From Candidatus Thorarchaeota archaeon (GTDB lineage Archaea; Asgardarchaeota; Thorarchaeia; Thorarchaeales; Thorarchaeaceae), in contig JBHLRS010000007.1 in NCBI GenBank assembly GCA_048882325.1, positions 49,795-113,794 on the forward strand: 64,000 bases of DNA. The letters are read 5' to 3'. The notes beneath the pieces were generated by a model. The model did no database searches. It was given only the letters and a program-made list of their open reading frames with translations, and was not told the origin of the DNA. Numbering within the stretch: position 1 is the stretch's first letter; each line of letters starts with the position of its first letter. Shown piece after piece: positions 9,187 to 17,346 of the stretch. Both the position numbers and the translations under genes were made by a program.

Positions 9187-10569
9187 TCATACAATTGGTA
9201 CTAAATCATAATCCAGAAAGCCCTTAGATAGCAAGGGCCTTACTGCAAGGTAGTTTGTACGTGGATTTACACCACATACACTTAGCACTCCACTCAATTC
9301 CTGAACACGAAGATGTACACTGTATGCGATTGACCCACTTTTCAATGCCTGCTGCTGTCCAAGAATACTCACAGTTGCCCGGTTTGTCGCTGGCAGGGAT
9401 GCTGTTATTTCAGCCATCATACCTTTGACATCAGTGACACCATACTTGTTTTCAAGAGTATCAAGGGAGAATAACTCAGTTGCTTCAGCGTCAAATTTGC
9501 GCTCGAGCTGTGTAGCCTCATATCTAATCTCTTGGAGCGTCTTCCATGGATCGTCATTTATGGTCCGTACATTTTCTAGCTGTCCTAGAGCATGTCGCCC
9601 AAAGAAAATGACTTGATCCTCGACAAGCTGCTGTTCAACAAAATGACTCAACCCTTGGGAAAATTGATCCGGAGACCATCCTTCTGGGAGAAGTATAACC
9701 GCAGGCCGACCAAGTTGAAGGTGGTTCGATAGAAATGGGATGTAGATTGTTTCAAGATAAGGCGCTGCTAGATTCTCAACCTCTATGAGGCTCAATACAC
9801 CTTTTTGAAAACCTCCCCCAATTATTCCATCTAAGCTTTTATTCCCAGTTGATATTCTATCAGGTGAAGGATCTTGAATTGGTTCTCTCTCCACTGTGAT
9901 TGGTGGGAACTGATGCACATGCCAGGGTACGTATGTGAATCTACCGTTGTTTAGTGTGAAGAGGAAAGTGTCTTGTTTCAGTGGTAGTGAGCGCATCTTC
10001 TCAATAGTCATTTGTCGATACATTCTCTGATCTTCACGTAGTTTCTTCAGGCGGATGATTGCATCAGCTGAGTGGTGCAGAGGGTGTTGATATTTCTCTT
10101 CCCAGTCACCTTCTGTTACAAGTACTAACTTTTTACCCTCGTTTCGGGCTGCGTAAATCAACGACTGTTGAACTTCATATCTTTTGGCTTCATCAATAGG
10201 CATCATGAAGTCGGTCCAAGAGTCGATAATTACCACGTTGTGTGATTCTGATACAGACTGCACACCGAGTAATTGCTTCAATTGCTCATGCAAAGGAACT
10301 TCATGCAAAGAACTCTCTTTCAGAGACCTCCAGTAATGAGAAACGAAATACCGCTTAGACCAATTAGGTTCCATAGATAGGCCCTTTTCCGTTACAGATG
10401 TTGATTCAGCGTTAGACATTATGAGTAAAGATTCGTTAAATTCTCGAAAGACCTCATGTACAAACAAAGTCTTGCCTGTTCCAGGCTTTCCTGTCACTAC
10501 AATAATATAGCCAGGTGCTGAGTCTAATGCATCCCTAATACTAGGCGGAATCGAGCCTTCACTGCTCAT
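9187..10569 (-). CDS. double-domain KaiC/GvpD-like P-loop ATPase (N-domain active, C-domain degenerate)
   Basis: GKPGTGKT, IIDSW, ADAIIRL, IEKMRS. Second domain STGNKSLDGIIGGG lacks Walker A. Confidence 0.85.
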   Translation of the reverse strand: MSSEGSIPPSIRDALDSAPGYIIVVTGKPGTGKTLFVHEVFREFNESLLIMSNAESTSVTEKGLSMEPNWSKRYFVSHYWRSLKESSLHEVPLHEQLKQLLGVQSVSESHNVVIIDSWTDFMMPIDEAKRYEVQQSLIYAARNEGKKLVLVTEGDWEEKYQHPLHHSADAIIRLKKLREDQRMYRQMTIEKMRSLPLKQDTFLFTLNNGRFTYVPWHVHQFPPITVEREPIQDPSPDRISTGNKSLDGIIGGGFQKGVLSLIEVENLAAPYLETIYIPFLSNHLQLGRPAVILLPEGWSPDQFSQGLSHFVEQQLVEDQVIFFGRHALGQLENVRTINDDPWKTLQEIRYEATQLERKFDAEATELFSLDTLENKYGVTDVKGMMAEITASLPATNRATVSILGQQQALKSGSIAYSVHLRVQELSGVLSVCGVNPRTNYLAVRPLLSKGFLDYDLVPIV

Positions 10570-10680
10570 TTCTGATTGCCCCTTGCTTGCGCAAATGGAG
10601 TTCACTTGTTTTGAAATATAAGGATATGTGGCTCATTTATTCTAATCACTCTTGTGATAATTCAAGAGCAACTCGAGGGT

Positions 10681-12276
10681 TTACTCTTCAAGCTTTGAAA
10701 TGAAGTCCTTGAAATACGGGCATAAACCCCCCATCCAATAGAGGTTTCCAAAGCACTCTTTTCGAAGTCCCAATCGCTCAACTCTGCACTCGAAGCTCTT
10801 CTCTCCATCAAAGAAAACGCAGAGGTCACTATCTGACTTCGGGTCATCAAGGACCATTCTTCTTACTTCTTTCATTCTATTAAGTTCAGGAGAGTCTGAC
10901 CATTCCTTGCTAGGACCCAGTTGTTTGCGAATGTGTGCTAGAAGTTTTTCATCGGGAGTCCTACCATCAGCCCAAAGTGTGACTAACTCACTGACATCTG
11001 CATTGAAACCATAGAGGAGATGATCAATATCTACTGAAACTTCTTTTGCTCTCCTGTATGCTGCTATTGCATCGTCATATCTCTGTAAAATGTAGTTTGC
11101 ATCGCCTGCAAGAAACAGTGTGAGAGTCAATGTTGACCTCATTCCTGCTCCTTCTGCAAGTTGGGTAGCTTCATCGTAGAGCCTAATTGCTTCTTCAGTG
11201 TCACCTTTGCGAAGAGCAACATCACCAAGATTGACTGTGGCAGTGGCTATACCTCGCATGTATTCAGCTTCTTGACTGATTTCCAAAGCCCGTCGATTGT
11301 AAGTTTCCATCTGAGATATTTGGTCGAGGGCTCTGTCAATCTCCCCGACATTGATGAGCGTTGCGGCAAGTCCGACTTGATTGTTGAGTTGCTGTTGAAT
11401 AATAAGCAATTCCTCGAACTGGTCTCGTGCCTCTTGGAGTCTACCCATGTTGAGGTGGATGACGCCTCGAAGTCGGCGGGCATCTGCAACACCTTGAAGA
11501 TAACCCATCCGCTCATAAGTCCGGAGAGCACTTGTTACTAGACTCAGAGCACGATCATGTTCGTAAAATTCCTCAAGTGCACGACCCCGATAAAATTTGA
11601 TGTCTGTCAAAGCCAACTGATGATCAAGATGAGTAGCAGTATCCTGAGCTGAATCAAGCCTAATCAAAGCCTCCTCTCGAGATTCACCTGAAACCGAGAT
11701 GAATGCAAGGATAATCCTCGGTCGTAGAAGAGCAGCTTGGACCATGTTACGGATGTTTGTATCCTTTGCAGTAGCTTGAGTGACTTTCTCAATGCTTTCA
11801 GACGCCACCTCCCTAGCGTGATCTGTGTAGCCTAAATCAATCAGAACAGATGCTAATTGACCAGAAAGCTCTGCAAATGCAATGTAGTCTCTTGACTGCC
11901 AAGTCTGATTTGTTATGTTTCGGAGATTGTTCAACCAACGAGGATCAAGACTTTGTCTACAATATGCTGCAGCTGCATAACCCCTCGCAGTTAGGTTTGA
12001 TTGGTCTTTAGCAAGGATCTGGTTGTATCCATACATACCCCTGAGAAAACTTGCTTTCGCACACATCGCGAGAAATGATGGAGTTCTATTCTTCCATTCA
12101 CCACTTCCAACATATTCAATCAAAACATCCGTAAAGAGCATGAAACGGTCTTTGGTGGAACGAGATTGCATTCTGAGTCGATTACGTAGTTCATCAACCT
12201 CAGTATCCTCTAATCCTGGTGTGTACATCATGAACTCTGGGATTACTGGATCGTCTTGCACTTTCTCATTCACCAT
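10681..12276 (-). CDS. tetratricopeptide repeat protein with C-terminal four-Cys domain
   Basis: Repeats such as GLAATLINVGEI and GIATATVNLGDVALRKGDTEEAIRLY; tail LCVFF...ECRV...ECFG...LCPYF. Confidence 0.85.
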   Translation of the reverse strand: MVNEKVQDDPVIPEFMMYTPGLEDTEVDELRNRLRMQSRSTKDRFMLFTDVLIEYVGSGEWKNRTPSFLAMCAKASFLRGMYGYNQILAKDQSNLTARGYAAAAYCRQSLDPRWLNNLRNITNQTWQSRDYIAFAELSGQLASVLIDLGYTDHAREVASESIEKVTQATAKDTNIRNMVQAALLRPRIILAFISVSGESREEALIRLDSAQDTATHLDHQLALTDIKFYRGRALEEFYEHDRALSLVTSALRTYERMGYLQGVADARRLRGVIHLNMGRLQEARDQFEELLIIQQQLNNQVGLAATLINVGEIDRALDQISQMETYNRRALEISQEAEYMRGIATATVNLGDVALRKGDTEEAIRLYDEATQLAEGAGMRSTLTLTLFLAGDANYILQRYDDAIAAYRRAKEVSVDIDHLLYGFNADVSELVTLWADGRTPDEKLLAHIRKQLGPSKEWSDSPELNRMKEVRRMVLDDPKSDSDLCVFFDGEKSFECRVERLGLRKECFGNLYWMGGLCPYFKDFISKLEE

Positions 12277-12472
12277 TGTCTGGTGAGCCTGCTAGTTTCT
12301 GCTCCTCTATCGCTTCGCTGTCTATGGCTATCAAAAGGCTTCTAGTGGTTTTCTCCGCGAAGATGTGTGAAAGCAGAAATATAGGTTTCGAGGATGTATA
12401 GCGAGAATATAATCGGGCGGTTCTTTCTTAAAAGTTAAAACGGGCAGTGGTATGAAATGGCTTGTGGTTCGC

Positions 12473-13228
12473 ATGCCTAAGACCCGAGTTAGTACAGGTG
12501 TCCCTGGTCTTGACGAGCTTCTAGAAGGGGGCTATGTTCAAGGAAGATCAACACTCCTAGCAGGAGGTCCAGGTACAGGAAAAAGTATCCTTACGTGGCA
12601 TTTTCTGTTTGATGGTGTTGAGAAAGGCGAGAGTGGTTTATTGGTGTCCCTCGACCAGACAGCAGATATGATCGTTGAGGATATGTCTGATTTTGGATGG
12701 AACGCGAAGAAAAGGCTTGAATCTGGATCTTTAACTATACTTAGCGGCTCGCTTAATCTGGTTCCAACAGAGAAAAGCTACGAATATGTGATTGACTTTC
12801 ATCATCCACTACTACGAGAGCAACCATTTACAGTTCCTAGATTAGCTGAACTCGTCCGAAAGAAAGCAGGAGAGGTAAACGCAAAAAGGATTGTTATTGA
12901 TGGGTTGGGACCCCTACTAGAACTAGCTGGTAATCGTTCTGAGATACGTCAACTGGTGTATGGTTTCATCCGTGAGATTGTCGATTGGGAATCGACGATT
13001 ATTCTGACACATGAACTGAAAGCCAGTGAAACTGCCCAAAATGATGAGATGCCTTTCTTCATTTGCGATGGAGTTGTTGTTCTCAAAATGCTCTATACTG
13101 CAGGAGATTATGTGCGAACGATTCGAGTAGTAAAAATGAGGGGTGCAAATCATGTCATGCGCCCGATTATGTTCAAGATTGGTCCAAATGGCATAGTAGC
13201 CTTCCCAGATGCACGTCTACCCGAATAG
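12473..13228 (+). CDS. single-domain KaiC/RAD55-family ATPase
   Basis: RVSTGVPGLDELLEGG, GGPGTGKS, RIVIDGL, ICDGVVVL, RTIRVVKMRG. Confidence 0.92.
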   Translation: MPKTRVSTGVPGLDELLEGGYVQGRSTLLAGGPGTGKSILTWHFLFDGVEKGESGLLVSLDQTADMIVEDMSDFGWNAKKRLESGSLTILSGSLNLVPTEKSYEYVIDFHHPLLREQPFTVPRLAELVRKKAGEVNAKRIVIDGLGPLLELAGNRSEIRQLVYGFIREIVDWESTIILTHELKASETAQNDEMPFFICDGVVVLKMLYTAGDYVRTIRVVKMRGANHVMRPIMFKIGPNGIVAFPDARLPE

Positions 13229-13235
13229 ACTATGA

Positions 13236-13613
13236 TCAGTAAACTGGTTGCACCTTTCTCACTGTGTCAGTCATGTCATACATGCTGAATGGTTTTTGAA
13301 GAAACGCCCTAGCTCCCACAGCAAGGACAGTTTCACCCACACCATCTATCGGGTCTGATATTACCACTATAGCAATGATGGGGTCAATGTCAAGAATATC
13401 CTCTATCAATCGCACTAGGTCCTTCTGGTCCATGTTGAAGTCGATAAGAACGACAGCTGGATTTTGATATTGACTCATGACTAACAGAGTCTGAGCGTCA
13501 TCCGCCTCACCAATAACATCGAAACCTGCATCTTCAAGTGCCATTTTCAGAAGAACCCTGAGAAGCGGAACCTCCCCTGCAACTATAATACCAGAATGAG
13601 GAACTTCTGTCAG
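13236..13613 (-). CDS. stand-alone receiver domain, atypical (acidic pocket IIVAGE); probable CTG start
   Basis: VVLIDFNM, VISD, FLQKPF. Strand beta1 and helix alpha1 lie upstream of the track ATG at 13544; no in-frame ATG/GTG/TTG precedes them, and CTG 13613 is the best-placed alternative. Confidence 0.75.
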   Translation of the reverse strand: MTEVPHSGIIVAGEVPLLRVLLKMALEDAGFDVIGEADDAQTLLVMSQYQNPAVVLIDFNMDQKDLVRLIEDILDIDPIIAIVVISDPIDGVGETVLAVGARAFLQKPFSMYDMTDTVRKVQPVY

Positions 13614-13651
13614 GTTAGTCCTGCCCCCTAGGATTTGATATTAAGACAGCT

Positions 13652-14014
13652 TCAGTCAGACACAGCACTCTCTACAAGGTCTAGCATATGACGTATTGTC
13701 ACAGGCTTTAAACCAAAACTTGCAGCACCATTTCCCATTGCCTGCTCCCTCACGTTTGCATCAGCACTGATGAAAACTATCTTGGCCTTGGGATCAATAT
13801 CAAGTATCTCTTTCATGGTCTGCATGCCATCTTTGTTAGGCATTCTATGGTCTAGAATAATGACCTCAGGTTTAGGATCCAGAGCAACGAACTTGTCAAC
13901 TGCTTCTGCGCCATCGTAGGCATCAGCCACAACCTCATGCCCCTTGATGCTGAAGACATCTTTGTAGAGCCTGTGAAGAATCGCCTCATCATCTACTATG
14001 AAGATTGTGACCAT
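13652..14014 (-). CDS. stand-alone response regulator receiver
   Basis: IFIVDDE, IILDHRMP, FISAD, GLKPV. Confidence 0.92.
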   Translation of the reverse strand: MVTIFIVDDEAILHRLYKDVFSIKGHEVVADAYDGAEAVDKFVALDPKPEVIILDHRMPNKDGMQTMKEILDIDPKAKIVFISADANVREQAMGNGAASFGLKPVTIRHMLDLVESAVSD

Positions 14015-14309
14015 ATGCTTCTTCCAACCTTGGAATACTGTCATGCTCAGAACACAGAGAATGTCAATAAACGTTGGTTAGACGGCTATTGGTGTGCGAC
14101 ACTACTCTCTGTCCCTTACGACTGAGTCTTGTACATGTCGATAACAAAACTTGAGATATAAATGATATGTGACTATGTATTATCTAACAAATCCTATTGC
14201 TGGTAAGACCTAGCTAGAACGTCGTTGAGCCTCTCTCCATTAGACATTGATTTCATCTGAACAACTAGTGATCTAAATTTAGCACGCTTCACTCTGTCTA
14301 ACTTTTAGT

Positions 14310-14941
14310 TTTCGAAAAATCGAAAGGTGATTCTGACTGAGTGACGATTTTTCGAAAGGTTTAACAATCTGAATATTGTTTTAATATTCGTTTGATTATT
14401 TGTCTTCACTTCCCCTATCAATTTCAATGATACAATTTTAGAGGAAGTTAGCTTGACACCAATCAGCTGATATGATCATTAATTACAACACTTGAACTTA
14501 TACTTTCATAATCAAACCACCACATGTTTGAGCATATGCGGGTATGAGAGAAATCTATGTATTCATTTTCTAAATATAGATATTTCCCAAAGATGCGAGT
14601 GTGACATACACTCATACTCAATATGCGTGTACTGCTACCTTTTGGGGTGAATAACCCTGCTTCTTTGTGATATTTTTTGATGAATGCTTCATATGATACG
14701 AGAAGTGAGTATATGAGAATGTAATCAATCTTGCCATTTTTTATGTAGTCAGGTCAAGCTAACACATGTTCTGGAGAACGAGTTACGAATGAGATTATAT
14801 TAATCATATGTTTGAATAAATGTGATTCCTTTATTAACCGTTATATGGTACAATATGTACCAAAAAACGGAACAATATTTAATTATATAAATAGTAAAAA
14901 GATTAGAAATTTGCTTGTATAAAATTTTCGAAAAACCGTCA
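14310..14941. repeat. three copies of the TTTCGAAAAAYCG box (14310-14322 forward, 14345-14357 reverse, 14926-14938 forward) flanking an AT-rich core with nested inverted repeats
   Basis: Read directly from the sequence; see findings. Confidence 0.75.
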
Positions 14942-15109
14942 AGGTTTGAGTGTAAAACTGAGTGATGGATAACCATCGTTAATTTGTAATACCCAAGTTA
15001 GATGGGCAAAAAATGCGCTCTTATTGTTGGAATCATTGATTACGATTACTCGACAATTGCCAATCTCCGCCAATTATGTTGGCCAATTTCCGCCTTCTAG
15101 AATAGCTAG

Positions 15110-16201
15110 CTATACCTGCCTCTTTCTCTCTTCCGTGAATTTCTTGAACAAGTCACTAGTTGTTAAAGGCGGGACTTCTAGATTCTCTTTAGCAACTAAG
15201 GTTATTGCATGTTCTGGACAACCAACTACACAGTTACCGCACCCTATGCATCTTTTCTGATCTAGATAGGTAATATCATCTTCAAGTGTTATTGCTTCCA
15301 TTTGACATCTCTCAATGCAAGTACCACAATCACTACAAAGTTCTGCATCAATTATAGCTTGGTAGTTGCTTGACGTATAGTCAGCTGGGTTAGGTAGACG
15401 TTTCAGACTAACAATACCTCCACAACAACAAGAACAGCAACTACAGACGAAATCCATTTCTTGGGAATTATTAACTTGAAAGATCAGACCTTCCTCTTCG
15501 TTTTGTTTCAAATATCCAAGAGCCTCTTCTTTAGTAATCGCACGACCCCACCCCAATTCAGTGTACATTCGTGCCATCTCACCCATCCCCATGCATACTT
15601 CTCTTCGGTCGGTGACTTGGCATGGTTTGCTTCGGAGATCACTAGTTTGTCTACATATACAGTTGATAATTGAAAAGGGACCATTGGATTGTTCAAATAG
15701 CTCCTTGATATCATCATACCTGACAATAGGATTCTCATGTACTATTTCCACACCTACAGGAATAATACGTAACTGTCTAGTCCCGCGATTAGCATGTCCC
15801 CAAGCCTCCTTCACATATTGATCAAAGTCCTCTTGAAATTCTTTGGTTAATTTATTCACTTGAAACTCGTATATTCCAACGACAAGCAAGGCATTGGCAT
15901 AGAATTTCGATCCATCTATTGTGTTGCCCAATATAGCTCCTTTCTTGATCATTTTATCCAAGCGCTCTTCCAATTCTTCTAATGAATATCCTAGATGTCG
16001 TAAGCGATTATGGATGACTTCTAGTGATTCATAAGTATCGAATACTCCCGGATATCCGCAATTCAATCCTAGAGCAATCTCAGCCTCCTTCGGAGTAAAT
16101 AGATGCTTAAGTAATCTAATTTCTACTCCAGACTCTGTTGCTGGAAATCGAAGAGGAAATCCATCAAAGTGCTCCTGCAATCGTCTGTAAATGTCTGTCA
16201 T
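15110..16201 (-). CDS. 4Fe-4S dicluster (ferredoxin) domain protein with N-terminal HTH-like region
   Basis: CICR, VCSCCSCCCG, CSDCGTCIERC, CIGCGNCVVGCP. Confidence 0.88.
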   Translation of the reverse strand: MTDIYRRLQEHFDGFPLRFPATESGVEIRLLKHLFTPKEAEIALGLNCGYPGVFDTYESLEVIHNRLRHLGYSLEELEERLDKMIKKGAILGNTIDGSKFYANALLVVGIYEFQVNKLTKEFQEDFDQYVKEAWGHANRGTRQLRIIPVGVEIVHENPIVRYDDIKELFEQSNGPFSIINCICRQTSDLRSKPCQVTDRREVCMGMGEMARMYTELGWGRAITKEEALGYLKQNEEEGLIFQVNNSQEMDFVCSCCSCCCGGIVSLKRLPNPADYTSSNYQAIIDAELCSDCGTCIERCQMEAITLEDDITYLDQKRCIGCGNCVVGCPEHAITLVAKENLEVPPLTTSDLFKKFTEERKRQV

Positions 16202-16380
16202 TTCAAACCACGCGACTTGATGGATGTCTCTAGAACATTTCAATCTATTCTTGAGCATACTACTCAGGATATTACAAGGTCCAATATACAAGAGTGTACA
16301 GTATGCATGTACAGTAAACGTTCTGTTTCACGGGTCCAGAAACAGAAGATAGACACTGGCCGGAGTTAGGGATCTCGTTA

Positions 16381-16557
16381 TCCGATTGGGGATGCATTAT
16401 CTCTATTCATCCTCTCTCCTCCTTCGCAAAGATGTACTCCACAGATTAAGCGTGTACTCAATCGGAAATCGTGATTAAGCGTGTACCGGCTCTGAGAGAA
16501 ACCCCGAGCTGGCCCGGGGTAAATCCACCTGCTGAAAAGATGCGGGCTGGTACACGC
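16381..16557 (+). ncRNA. candidate structured RNA, family unknown
   Basis: Stems 16381-16390/16457-16466 and 16479-16492/16544-16557, both with G-U pairs on the + strand; inner ACCCCG/CGGGGT hairpin. Confidence 0.45.
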
Positions 16558-16704
16558 ACATGTTTCAGTTCTAATTGTGAGCATCCAAATTGTGAAAACG
16601 TACATTTAGTAATGTATCAATATCGAAATATGAGAAGTTTCCCTAGTTCGAAGCTTCCTCTGTGTATCTTTGAGATTTAACCCATTTCTTGATACTTATA
16701 ACAA

Positions 16705-17283
16705 ATGGAGCGAATTCTATTCTGGCGACTCGAAATGCAATACTTGGAAATCCTTCAACTGTTGGGAGACATTGTAACTGTTTTTGGAGTTCTAGCGGGA
16801 TTCTCATACTATGTGCTTACGGTGAGAGGAAATCGTAAATCAAGACAAACTGAAATGTTCATGAATCTCTATCAAACGAGTATCGATTCGGAGAGCTACA
16901 AGAAATTCTGGGATCTAATGTCGACTCAATGGGAAGATATGGAAGACTACATGCAAAAATACGGGCCTTGGACACATCCGGATGAAGCAGCGAAAAGAAT
17001 GTCTCAATGGAGCATCTATGACGGTTTAGGGATACTGGTGAAGGAGAACACAGTGCACGCAGAAATGGTTCAACGAATGCTAGGGCTCAGAATTATCATG
17101 ATGTGGCTAAAGTTTGAAACCATTATCAAAGAGCTCCGGAAGAAGGAGGTAGGAACCGGACCAGAGTATGGACCAGGATTAGATTTCATGGAGAATTTTG
17201 AGTGGCTTGCCAAAGAAATGATGAGAGTGAGAAGACAAAGTGGCTACTCAATACCTGTTCAACCAATTAATGATTATACATAG
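16705..17283 (+). CDS. N-terminally anchored hypothetical protein (DUF4760-like)
   Basis: One N-terminal TM helix, SRQTEMFMNLY, YDGLGILVK, ENFEWLA. Confidence 0.65.
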   Translation: MERILFWRLEMQYLEILQLLGDIVTVFGVLAGFSYYVLTVRGNRKSRQTEMFMNLYQTSIDSESYKKFWDLMSTQWEDMEDYMQKYGPWTHPDEAAKRMSQWSIYDGLGILVKENTVHAEMVQRMLGLRIIMMWLKFETIIKELRKKEVGTGPEYGPGLDFMENFEWLAKEMMRVRRQSGYSIPVQPINDYT

Positions 17284-17346
17284 ACGTCATATATCACATT
17301 TCTAGCCAAGATTATTAGTACATCATGTAACTATAGAAGTATTCCA

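Noticed and set aside
9181-9189. TGA-GGA-TAA ending of the KaiC-like gene read as C-terminal Sec-Gly, with the downstream hairpin as SECIS
   Set aside because: There is no redox Cys context, the hairpin lacks the tandem GA/GA quartet, and TGA is a common stop in this window.
9187-10569. Gas vesicle operon (GvpD-like protein) or a true circadian kaiABC clock
   Set aside because: No gvpA/J/M/N/O and no kaiA or kaiB in the window; the S/T phosphosites are not conserved.
14441-14460. GAGGAAGTT resembling RNase P RNA conserved region I
   Set aside because: No matching CR-V/P4 partner was found, and the region is too AT-rich.
14342-14941. MITE defined by 16-bp terminal inverted repeats
   Set aside because: No target-site duplication flanks the repeats and no transposase or second copy is in the window. 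Kept only as a repeat observation.
15059-15094. Direct repeat GCCAAT(C/T)TCCGCC, two copies
   Set aside because: Only two short copies, just downstream of a stop codon; not enough for an array or a functional call.
16489-16545. SAM-I, TPP, glycine or FMN riboswitch
   Set aside because: Only isolated words match (CTGAGA, CTGGCCCG, CTGAAAAGATG); the required conserved cores and their order are absent.
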